Virus record (IMG/VR): IMGVR_UViG_3300021375_000032
Location: 1 to 56,694 of that record
DNA length: 56,694 bases
Reading direction: 5' to 3' (one strand)
From: a virus
Taxonomy: Duplodnaviria > Caudoviricetes
Shown here: positions 1 through 8,571 of the stretch, one piece after another
Layout of the letters: every line of letters starts with the position of its first letter
Position numbering within the stretch: the stretch's first letter is position 1
Position numbers and translations under genes: made by a program
The notes under the pieces: model-generated
What the model was told of the DNA's origin: nothing
Database searches by the model: none
The model's input: the letters and a program-made list of their open reading frames with translations, nothing else

Positions 1-353
1 AGATTGGTCGTCATGTGGATACTTTGGTACTCGGGTGTTGCATCACTGCAATAATGGTCTATAACCTTCCCAAAGTATTTATATGCAGTAGGTTCGCCGC
101 CACTAAAGCTAAAGTGAAAGTCAGTAAATCCGTTTGCACGAGCTTGACGTTTTATTTCGTCTATTGTGCGAGTGTAAACTTCTAAGGCTTGATGATCAGG
201 TGTGCTGCTTCTAGCATAGGGCCAGCAGTATGAACAATTATAATTACAGAACCTCGCAAGAATCCAAGACACTGTAAACAAGCCGGTATCCAACAAAGTT
301 TTTTGTCCGAACTTTGTTATGTCCTCAAACGGTATGTTTTGAAAATTGTTCAT
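1..353 (-). CDS. Radical SAM protein (partial, runs off left edge; not in ORF track)
   Basis: Manual translation from ATG at 353: MNNFQNIPFEDITKFGQKTLLDTGLFTVSWILARFCNYNCSYCWPYA...FSFSGGEPT...HMTTN. It has the CxxxCxxC and GGEP motifs and overlaps the stop of the upstream gene. Confidence 0.9.
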   Translation of the reverse strand, partial: MNNFQNIPFEDITKFGQKTLLDTGLFTVSWILARFCNYNCSYCWPYARSSTPDHQALEVYTRTIDEIKRQARANGFTDFHFSFSGGEPTAYKYFGKVIDHYCSDATPEYQSIHMTTN

Positions 354-1008
354 ATAACCAATCATAATCGTTTATTTTTTTAAGTGCTTCGATATTGCCT
401 CGACTTGCTATTCCGTAAGCAGACCCTGCTTCTGCGCCTTTAATAGCCCATTCTCCATAAGGACGGTCTTTCCCAACTGTCTGCCAGACATGTAATCGAT
501 GTTCTGTTTCTTCATTTTTCTGCCTATCTATAATCTTACTACTAAGTTTACAACATTCTCTAAATGCACTGCGCCATGTGCTAAACTCGTCTGTGTTAAA
601 TGCTGTAATGTTTGCAATTTCTTCTACAGCGATAAATTTATCACTAATACTTGTAGTCATATCAGGCTTAGATAAATCCATATTCATTGTTAATTTACGA
701 GGAAATAATTTTACTCCCCCATACCCGTATACCAAATCATTAACAGGGTTTTGACTGCGCCATACATGAACATGATCTTGCTGGTGCTCAGGAACTTTAT
801 AATCAAAATTAAAGTCATCGAAGATTATTGCATCTGCATCTACAATCCAACACATTTTAGTAAAGCATTTCTTAGCTGCTCTAATATGTGCTTGGTGTAT
901 TCCGTTAACGCCATGTACACGTTTAGCCATAGGAAATCGAGCTTTTAATAAAGAATAATTAGCGTCTGCACTAGGTTCTTGGTAACTTATGAATACAATA
1001 TCATACAT
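325..1008 (-). CDS. Glycosyltransferase-like protein (GT-A fold, DxD), paralog of 4631..5548
   Basis: WIVDADA DxD motif. Shares YDIxxxSYxEP, AKRVHGVxG, GGxKxxP and WRxxFRExxKL blocks with 4631..5548. Confidence 0.6.
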   Translation of the reverse strand: MYDIVFISYQEPSADANYSLLKARFPMAKRVHGVNGIHQAHIRAAKKCFTKMCWIVDADAIIFDDFNFDYKVPEHQQDHVHVWRSQNPVNDLVYGYGGVKLFPRKLTMNMDLSKPDMTTSISDKFIAVEEIANITAFNTDEFSTWRSAFRECCKLSSKIIDRQKNEETEHRLHVWQTVGKDRPYGEWAIKGAEAGSAYGIASRGNIEALKKINDYDWLYEQFSKHTV

Positions 1009-1020
1009 TACGTTATTATA

Positions 1021-1827
1021 CTACCTATTACTGCTATTGTCAATTAATTTATAGCACGCATTTGCAAGCCAATTATGGGCAGCAACACCAGGATGTGATC
1101 CGTCTCTAGCCGGGGGGTCGGGCAGATTCCATAAAGTTGGATTGTCAGTAACATTAAGTAAATAGTCGTTAAAAGTATGCTTATCCCAAGTCATCCAGTG
1201 TATAGTTGTTCCATACTGCTTTGCTACTACATTCGCCCAATCAATATAATCTGTAGCATAACACGCCGAAACGTCTTCTGTAAACACACTAAATATCTGT
1301 TTATGCCGTTTTTTACTTATTATCCCGTAATGATTTACAAGGACAGTATTATAGTGCCATCTCTCAGAATGTGTATGATACTCTGGAAGAAATATCCTGC
1401 CAGGAGGCGGAAGTATTATGAATGCATCACTAACAGGATGAAGTCTAATAAAGGAAGTAAATACCTTTATTATATTTGCTATTGAAGACCCTGGCATACC
1501 TAGATTAGGAATATTTGGTATATTTAATCTTTTTGCAAGTAATTCAGAAGCTGGAGTGTTAACACCAATGCCAAAAGTACAACTACATCCAAAAAATGCA
1601 GGGGACTTTTCAAATGTCCATTCACCGCCACGAAACCCGTGTTTGTTAATATGATACTCCCACGGATCTTTTTTATAATCAATCTCTGGCTCATTATAAA
1701 GGTACGGTGTTGAGTATGATTCGCCTACACGGTTTAACAGCATACTTGAATGGTGAATGCCGTGATTATGTTTATATAACTGATCTATTTTTATTTTTGA
1801 TGATTGTATTTGAGAATATTTATTCAT
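1021..1827 (-). CDS. SGNH/GDSL-hydrolase-fold protein (putative esterase/acyltransferase)
   Basis: Block I-like FFGCSCTFG, block II-like NLGMPGSS and block V-like DGSHPG occur in canonical SGNH order. Confidence 0.6.
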   Translation of the reverse strand: MNKYSQIQSSKIKIDQLYKHNHGIHHSSMLLNRVGESYSTPYLYNEPEIDYKKDPWEYHINKHGFRGGEWTFEKSPAFFGCSCTFGIGVNTPASELLAKRLNIPNIPNLGMPGSSIANIIKVFTSFIRLHPVSDAFIILPPPGRIFLPEYHTHSERWHYNTVLVNHYGIISKKRHKQIFSVFTEDVSACYATDYIDWANVVAKQYGTTIHWMTWDKHTFNDYLLNVTDNPTLWNLPDPPARDGSHPGVAAHNWLANACYKLIDNSSNR

Positions 1828-3268
1828 ATGTCGCTAGTTCTTTGTCAATATTTTTAGGATCAGGAGTTAATACCCATCCTTCTTTTTCTGCAAGTTCTGT
1901 AATACTTGCATCAGTATCTGGAATACTTTCTACCCAATCTGTTAGTATCTTAGGAAATACACTTAGGCTTTTATTTCTACGAACATCATATTGTGCATAA
2001 AATGTTTTAAAGTCACGCCATAGTGTAACTGGATTACTTGTTCTACGGTGTGGAGCATCTACCGTAACAAGATAATCAATTAGTCGTTCAATACTTGCTT
2101 TTTCAAATTCACTCCATCCAATATCGTTTTTATGTTCTTGATACCAAGTAGATAATTGCTTATGACAATGATCTTTAATATGATTAGGCAATGCTAACGG
2201 ACTTTGAAAACTTGGAAACCTTAACAAGTTTAAGCTTACTGACGGAGTTCTACTTTGTGTAAGTTCTTTTAATTTGTATACTTCATCTAAAAAGTCTGTA
2301 ATACTAAATAGGCAAAGACTATTAATAGTCATCATAATATGCACGCCTTTATAGTTTGCTTCTGTTAATACACGTTTAATATTAGATAACCACTGTTCAT
2401 AATCTAATCCATCACGAATATACTCTGCTTGAGCACCTACTGCTTCACAGCTTGTATACAATTCGAAGTTCTTCATGCCTTGAGTTTTTTCAATTAATTT
2501 GTCTATAATACTTTCTTTAGCAATAAGGTTACTATTAATTGCAAATCTCATGTCCGAATCTTGATTATTAAACCAGTCAAATAACTTCCAAGTATTTGCA
2601 CTCATCATGGGTTCGCCGCCTGTGATGCGCAATTCTTCTAAACTATCTGATAGACCGCTATCCCACCATTTCCAAAATGCTTGAATATAAGGATTATCTT
2701 CGTCATTATCATAAGGCTGTGTCCACGAACCGTCTTGCTGAAAGGCACCCGCGCCGTCACTTACAAGATTAGTATAATTACCATTCTTTTTAATATCTTT
2801 TGCCCATGTAGTACTAAAACTTGCATTACAATAACTACAAGCTAAATTACATGTTCTGTCAAACGCAATTTCAAATGTTTTTAAATTAACATTTGCATGA
2901 TGATCCATATCGTATGCACGTTGTAATTCTTCGTCGGAATAGATAATACTTTTAAAAGTCCTGTCACTAACTGCGTCGTTTTTCATATCTTCCATTTTCC
3001 AGCAGTATTCGCACTCAGCTGGGCGTTCACCGTTCTGCATCATGCGGCGCATTTCTTTTTTGTGCTTAGTATTATGAATAGCGGTGTAATCTTCTTCAAC
3101 TTCTACTAATGGAATTTTGTGAGCAGGCGGGTGATGACAACTGGCCGTAGTGCCGCTTCCGAGCCAGGTAGTAGCATTAAACCACTTAGCACCGCAAAAG
3201 CTTGTACTTTTGCTGTCTATTACCCGATTTCTATATTGCTGTAGACTTTCGTCAGGCTTCTTTGGCAT
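1820..3268 (-). CDS. Radical SAM protein with N-terminal Cys-rich (Twitch/SPASM-like) domain
   Basis: CNLACSYC and RITGGEP; N-terminal FCGAKW...SCHH...CEYCW. Confidence 0.9.
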   Translation of the reverse strand: MPKKPDESLQQYRNRVIDSKSTSFCGAKWFNATTWLGSGTTASCHHPPAHKIPLVEVEEDYTAIHNTKHKKEMRRMMQNGERPAECEYCWKMEDMKNDAVSDRTFKSIIYSDEELQRAYDMDHHANVNLKTFEIAFDRTCNLACSYCNASFSTTWAKDIKKNGNYTNLVSDGAGAFQQDGSWTQPYDNDEDNPYIQAFWKWWDSGLSDSLEELRITGGEPMMSANTWKLFDWFNNQDSDMRFAINSNLIAKESIIDKLIEKTQGMKNFELYTSCEAVGAQAEYIRDGLDYEQWLSNIKRVLTEANYKGVHIMMTINSLCLFSITDFLDEVYKLKELTQSRTPSVSLNLLRFPSFQSPLALPNHIKDHCHKQLSTWYQEHKNDIGWSEFEKASIERLIDYLVTVDAPHRRTSNPVTLWRDFKTFYAQYDVRRNKSLSVFPKILTDWVESIPDTDASITELAEKEGWVLTPDPKNIDKELATYE

Positions 3269-4634
3269 TCCATTCCTCTAATAAGTTGGCAAACTCCGGA
3301 AAAGTTTGGCTAAAATTTTTGTTTCTTCTTTTATCGTATGCGTGTATATATCTTACAAAATCTTGACGATGTTCAGTTGCTGGCTTAGTGTTGCGTAAAT
3401 ATTCGCAAAGTCGGTTTATTTGATCGTACTCTTCTAAATAAATTCTGGCATATTTTTCTGGACTATAATACTTTAACCAATTTTTACAAGTTAGCTCAAT
3501 TGAATTAGCTATTTCTGTACGAGTTTTTTTATCTAATAATGTACACTGAAGATGGGGCGGCCAATGCATTATATTAATACTAAGTGGTATTCTATTCCAC
3601 TCAAAGCTATTATTATAGATTTTACGCAAATCCATAACTGCTGTAATAAACTCAACAAATGTTGTTAGACTTAAAATATTAACTGTAGTCATAATAGCAA
3701 CTGTACTGTTTGTTTCTTTAAGAAATCTTTGTATGTTTTTAAGCCAAACATTATAATTTAATCCGTCACGAGCATATTCAGCTTGTTCACTAATACTTTC
3801 TAAACTGGTGTAGATATCAACTTTTACGCCAACTACTGAAAGAGCATTAACCTTTTCAATTAGTTTATCTATTAGTTTATCTTCGACACAACCATTTGTG
3901 TTTATAGCAATGTCTAAATCTTTACGAGGATGCTCAATAAGATAATCTAATAGTTTCCAAGTATCTTTTGACATAGTAGGCTCGCCGCCTGTAATACGTA
4001 ACACTTTTAAATACGGCAATGCATCAGGAAACCATTTCCAAAAGGCTTCTACATACGGATTATAGTCTCTGTTTCGATATGGCATTTTGCCAGACTGTTC
4101 TAAATAATTTAAATCATGTGCGCCGTGTTCAGTTGGATAAGGACCGTTTTGTTTTACATCTTCCATCCATTTACTGCTAATCTCAGGCGAACAATATGCA
4201 CATGCAAAGTTACATGCATTGCTAAAACTAACTTCTAAATAACTTGGGTATACATTGTCTTGCGGATTGCTTTTTGCAATATCTTCAAATCTATCCCATG
4301 CCCATGTGTCGCTTGTTTTATAATGTCTGTCACTAAAGTAATTTTTATCTAAGTCTTCAATCTTCCAACAGTATCCACATTCGCTAGGACGTTCTCCATT
4401 AAGCATCTTAGCACGTTGTGCTTTTTTAAATTGACTGTTGTGTAATGCAGCAGGATCTGTTGCAATTTCTTCTAATGGTATTTTGTGCGGTGCCGGATGG
4501 TGACAACTGTGATTGTATCCATTTTGAAGCATAAGTGTAGTTTGTAGCCATTTAGCCGTACAAAAACTACAACTTACGTTGTTAATTTTTTCACGCTTTT
4601 CTTTAAGTATTTGGATACGCTGTTCGTTGCTCAT
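3252..4634 (-). CDS. Radical SAM protein with N-terminal Cys-rich (Twitch/SPASM-like) domain, paralog of 1820..3268
   Basis: CNFACAYC and RITGGEP; N-terminal FCTAKW...SCHHPAPHKIPL...CGYCW; NPYxxAFWKW shared with its neighbour. Confidence 0.9.
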   Translation of the reverse strand: MSNEQRIQILKEKREKINNVSCSFCTAKWLQTTLMLQNGYNHSCHHPAPHKIPLEEIATDPAALHNSQFKKAQRAKMLNGERPSECGYCWKIEDLDKNYFSDRHYKTSDTWAWDRFEDIAKSNPQDNVYPSYLEVSFSNACNFACAYCSPEISSKWMEDVKQNGPYPTEHGAHDLNYLEQSGKMPYRNRDYNPYVEAFWKWFPDALPYLKVLRITGGEPTMSKDTWKLLDYLIEHPRKDLDIAINTNGCVEDKLIDKLIEKVNALSVVGVKVDIYTSLESISEQAEYARDGLNYNVWLKNIQRFLKETNSTVAIMTTVNILSLTTFVEFITAVMDLRKIYNNSFEWNRIPLSINIMHWPPHLQCTLLDKKTRTEIANSIELTCKNWLKYYSPEKYARIYLEEYDQINRLCEYLRNTKPATEHRQDFVRYIHAYDKRRNKNFSQTFPEFANLLEEWNAKEA

Positions 4635-5548
4635 AACTTTTCTATAAACCTTTGATGATCAGTTCTCGAAGGATGCTGATATACTGATTTAAAGAATTTA
4701 CTTTGTTGTGCATCAAGTGGTTGTTCTGCGATAGGAATATCTAGTTGATCAATTAATTTAATACCATATTCTTCGATTTCGTAATCAACATCTTCAATTG
4801 ACTCAAAAGAAACTTTCCATAAATCATTTAGATACTTAAAGTCTCGAACTTGAATGTAATCCCAGTCAGTACACATAGTCATGTACAATCCTGCTCTTGT
4901 TCCAAGTATAGCCCAGTCACCGTTTTCTATATCTTTGCCCACCATACTCCATATGTACAGCCAGTGCAAGCAGCGCCAGTGATTGTTTTTTAGTTCTTCT
5001 TTCGAAATTCTTACGCCGCGATCAGTTGCAAGTTTAACACCTTCTCTAAATCCTGCTCGCCATGCTTGTGCAGGAGTTTCATTATTGTACACATCGCTAT
5101 AACAACTGTTCATTTGAATATATTGTGCATCCCAGCAAAAGTCTACTTGAGCATGAGCATTATTAGGATCTGCATTTTCGTGTGTGCGCATATTAAGAAC
5201 GTATTTTTTAGGCCAACATTTTAGTCCGCCGTTGCCGTACATTAAACCATTAATCTCATTTCTGCCGCACCAGCTAATTACAGTATTTTGTAAATCTGCG
5301 TGTTCATCAAAATCAATTTCTTGATTTAGAAATTCTTCGCGTATGCGATTGTCGCCGTCTACTGTAATAAAGCGTTCTGTTTCACTTAATTCTGCGCAGG
5401 CTTTGTGTGCTGCATCTGATCCTTCTACTCCGTGTACACGCTTTGCCCAAGGTACCTTTTTACATAAGTCAGCATAGTTTTTTTCAGCATTAGGCTCGTC
5501 GTAACTAAGATAAATGATATCGTAATCGATTGGTTTAAATTTTGTCAT
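4631..5548 (-). CDS. Glycosyltransferase-like protein (GT-A fold, DxD)
   Basis: FITVDGDN motif; paralog of 325..1008; start overlaps the upstream stop (TAATG) and stop overlaps the next start (ATGA). Confidence 0.6.
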   Translation of the reverse strand: MTKFKPIDYDIIYLSYDEPNAEKNYADLCKKVPWAKRVHGVEGSDAAHKACAELSETERFITVDGDNRIREEFLNQEIDFDEHADLQNTVISWCGRNEINGLMYGNGGLKCWPKKYVLNMRTHENADPNNAHAQVDFCWDAQYIQMNSCYSDVYNNETPAQAWRAGFREGVKLATDRGVRISKEELKNNHWRCLHWLYIWSMVGKDIENGDWAILGTRAGLYMTMCTDWDYIQVRDFKYLNDLWKVSFESIEDVDYEIEEYGIKLIDQLDIPIAEQPLDAQQSKFFKSVYQHPSRTDHQRFIEKL

Positions 5549-6483
5549 TATATAATCTCGTGTGCATAGTTTTCAAAATATTTTGCTGTATATATACTTA
5601 CATTGTTAGCATCATGTTCTACATCATATATGAACGGAATAGTTGGCGAAGATTCCATAACTAAATCACCTACAGTAAATTCTAAACTTCTATAAAATAT
5701 ATTAGGATCGTGTTTAGCAGTAATACTAAAATAAAGTGTTTCTTTAGGATTATACCCGCTCATACGTAAGAATTTTTTAGTATGAATATTAAGTGAAATT
5801 CTCCAAACACCATCATTGGTATTTTGTCGTATAATAATATCATATTTTTCGTTATTAGAAACAGGTTCGAAATCAAACACAAATATACTATTATTTTTTA
5901 GAATCAAATCTCCAATATCTATTGTATTATCTATTTTTAGTTCTTTATTTTCATCACTGAGCAATTTTACATTTTTGACAATAAGTTCTGCATTGTCTAT
6001 ATTAAATTTAGTATTTGCAGGTTGATCTTTTATTACTTTGTAAACATTGTTATTTTTCCAAACATGCTGACCTGCAAGATGAAATAATTCGTCATACCAT
6101 ACATCAATATGCATACCGACATATTGAGGGGTTAGTATTTGTCGTTTAGTAAAATCATCTATGTATTCTCTAATATCAAGCATCGGTAACTGATAACACA
6201 TTGTGTCTGCGGTTTTAAACGTATCATCATATGCAACTTCTTTTAATCGTAGCTGTTTTAAACTAACATCATATGCAATTACAAATTCGTCTGTGCGTCT
6301 TTCTCCTGTAAGAATAGGCTTAACTTCGTTAGTTTCAATTTCAAAAACTTCAAAACCCTCTTCAGCAATATTTTTTGAACTAATCTTATGTATTTTGCCA
6401 TTTTCTTTGTTGTAATATACATAAGATTGAGTACTTGCAGGGACTGTACTAAGTCGATTAATTAATGATTGTAAATCAGACAT
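5548..6483 (-). CDS. Hypothetical protein
   Basis: 311-aa ORF translationally coupled at both ends; no recognised catalytic motif. Confidence 0.75.
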   Translation of the reverse strand: MSDLQSLINRLSTVPASTQSYVYYNKENGKIHKISSKNIAEEGFEVFEIETNEVKPILTGERRTDEFVIAYDVSLKQLRLKEVAYDDTFKTADTMCYQLPMLDIREYIDDFTKRQILTPQYVGMHIDVWYDELFHLAGQHVWKNNNVYKVIKDQPANTKFNIDNAELIVKNVKLLSDENKELKIDNTIDIGDLILKNNSIFVFDFEPVSNNEKYDIIIRQNTNDGVWRISLNIHTKKFLRMSGYNPKETLYFSITAKHDPNIFYRSLEFTVGDLVMESSPTIPFIYDVEHDANNVSIYTAKYFENYAHEII

Positions 6484-7318
6484 TTATTAGACTCCTGTGT
6501 CTTTCTAATACTGGTGATTTTTCTATAAAATCTTTTTCTGTATAATGCAGTATTCCAGTTTGGGCATAATTACCAATTTTTATGCTTCCGTCTTTAGATA
6601 CATAAACGCCTACTTGATCCTGCCAGCTTGATTGCACATTTGTCCATCCTTGACAATGAGGCTTCATATGTGTAAAACTTGGAAATTTTGCAATTTTGTT
6701 TGTAATAGTAGATTCGCAATCTAATATACGTGTTACAATAGCAGCACATACATCTATACTTACATGTTTAGGACGAGTCGATCCTTCTAGATGCTGTTCA
6801 TAAAATGCTTCCCAATTGTTAACTACTAATTCTAACCAATTATAAAACTCTTGAGCAAAATCACATTTTTTAAAATAGTGAAATCCACTAAACAAGTTAG
6901 GTAACTTGTTTTCTATAAATGTTTTTCTATAGTAACTGGTGTCTGCACGTTCGCCTCTGTAATTTAATACATTGCTAGCGAAAAACATTTCATACTTAGA
7001 CAAAAATTTCCACCATGTATCAATATTTTGCAATATTAACATGTCAGTATCCATTACAATTGTTTCATCGTATGGAGTTGCGTGGTATAATTTCCAACGA
7101 TTTTCAACTTTCCAGTCTGAATTTTCAGCACTGTCATTAAACGGAATAGGAATAATTTTATCAAACAATTTTTTATATTCATCTGGCACGTTATCGTTTG
7201 TAACAATACTAATAGGTACACTGTTATGTACTTGCAAACTCATTGCTAATACGCATGCTTGTTCTACATAATTGTCTGTTGTGTTATTTTGGGCAAGAAC
7301 TACAATTCCTTTAGTCAT
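6476..7318 (-). CDS. Glycosyltransferase, GT8-like nucleotide-diphospho-sugar transferase
   Basis: TPYDETIVMDTDML DxD motif, FSGFHYFKK and C-terminal LHY. Likely start MTKG at 7318 (ATGACTAA overlap); the ORF track starts at 7336. Confidence 0.7.
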   Translation of the reverse strand: MTKGIVVLAQNNTTDNYVEQACVLAMSLQVHNSVPISIVTNDNVPDEYKKLFDKIIPIPFNDSAENSDWKVENRWKLYHATPYDETIVMDTDMLILQNIDTWWKFLSKYEMFFASNVLNYRGERADTSYYRKTFIENKLPNLFSGFHYFKKCDFAQEFYNWLELVVNNWEAFYEQHLEGSTRPKHVSIDVCAAIVTRILDCESTITNKIAKFPSFTHMKPHCQGWTNVQSSWQDQVGVYVSKDGSIKIGNYAQTGILHYTEKDFIEKSPVLERHRSLINV

Positions 7319-8162
7319 CTGCAAACTCTTTATCAATTATTCTATTAAGGCTAATTTTATTCATTACATGAATACTTTGTCCTGATGTTTTTAATGCTGT
7401 ATACTCACCTAAATAGTCTTTCTTTTCTACTAAAAACATCATATCATCGCCGTTTAATTGCCATAGTACATCTTTATCAATAGTATACATCATACTTCCT
7501 GGTAAATCTTGTACAAAATTTCCGTTTTGAAATCCGTTCATAATATGTATAGCAATACTAAAAGCAAAATCATTTCTAAATAAACTGGATGTTATTTGAT
7601 AAACACGTCTATAATGATTCCATTCATCTTCGATATGTTTTATAAGATCAAAGAAAACTTTGTTTGTTTGTGTTTTTCTAAAATACACAACGGTTGCCCA
7701 GTAAAACTCAACACTAGTATTACTAATAAATTCAAATTCATCCTCTTCTCTAACCTTTGCAATATCATCTGACTGTCTATATAACATAAGATTAGATTTA
7801 GATTCAAAACATGATTTTAATAAGTCGTTTGATATAATGTAATCTGTATCCATTAGCAGTGTTTCGTCATAGGGCGAAAGATCATAAACGCTTGCTCTAT
7901 TACTGTTTTTAAAATTAGCGGTCTTTTTAGATAAACTACCGTCAAAGAAATATCGAGTATTTGTTCCTTTAGAATATTCTAAAGGAATAATTTTATCAAA
8001 ATCCTTAGTACCAAACGTATCTGTCAAATAGTCTACACTATCGGTAGCAATAGTTACAGGCATACCAAGATGATTTTTTATTCTTCTTGCCAGAAACACT
8101 GCTTGTTTTACATAGTCTATAAAACCGTTATTTTTTGCAATTAAAAATACACCCTTAGTCAT
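7311..8162 (-). CDS. Glycosyltransferase, GT8-like, paralog of 6476..7318
   Basis: SPYDETLLMDTDY, WATVVYFRK, RND and HVMNK. Likely start MTKG at 8162 (ATGACTAA overlap); the ORF track starts at 8168. Confidence 0.7.
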   Translation of the reverse strand: MTKGVFLIAKNNGFIDYVKQAVFLARRIKNHLGMPVTIATDSVDYLTDTFGTKDFDKIIPLEYSKGTNTRYFFDGSLSKKTANFKNSNRASVYDLSPYDETLLMDTDYIISNDLLKSCFESKSNLMLYRQSDDIAKVREEDEFEFISNTSVEFYWATVVYFRKTQTNKVFFDLIKHIEDEWNHYRRVYQITSSLFRNDFAFSIAIHIMNGFQNGNFVQDLPGSMMYTIDKDVLWQLNGDDMMFLVEKKDYLGEYTALKTSGQSIHVMNKISLNRIIDKEFADD

Positions 8163-8505
8163 AATCAACTAATTTCTCTATACTTCTGTTCTTTTTTAAA
8201 TTTACATACGCTGTGTGATATGTGTTAGATGCAGAAGCATATTGATTTAAAATTTCGCCATAAAAATTATCTAAATCATGTACTAAGCAAGGAATATTAT
8301 TGTCATCTACAAGTACAACTTCATCTTGATCTGCTGATACCATTACACTTACAAATGTAATTAATTCACGAGTAATCGTAAACTGTGATCCACTGTAAAA
8401 ATAAATTAATGATTCTTGATATTTTTCTGCTAACAATCTTTTTTGAGTGTTAAGTGTCAACATATAATTAGAAAAGTCTAGTGCTTTTTCTAAACGCTCA
8501 TCCAT
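8155..8505 (-). CDS. Hypothetical protein, first gene of the enzyme operon
   Basis: 116-aa ORF with an AGGAG Shine-Dalgarno and an upstream promoter. Confidence 0.8.
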   Translation of the reverse strand: MDERLEKALDFSNYMLTLNTQKRLLAEKYQESLIYFYSGSQFTITRELITFVSVMVSADQDEVVLVDDNNIPCLVHDLDNFYGEILNQYASASNTYHTAYVNLKKNRSIEKLVDYD

Positions 8506-8531
8506 AGTTAAACTCCTAGTTTATTACTAGT

Positions 8532-8560
8532 AGTATATATTAGATTTAACGTATTGTCAA
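8532..8560 (-). promoter_or_regulatory. sigma70-type promoter TTGACA-17 bp-TATACT driving the enzyme operon
   Basis: The plus strand has tgtcaa at 8555-8560 and agtata at 8532-8537, separated by exactly 17 bp. Confidence 0.85.
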
Positions 8561-8571
8561 GAGCAGACTGG

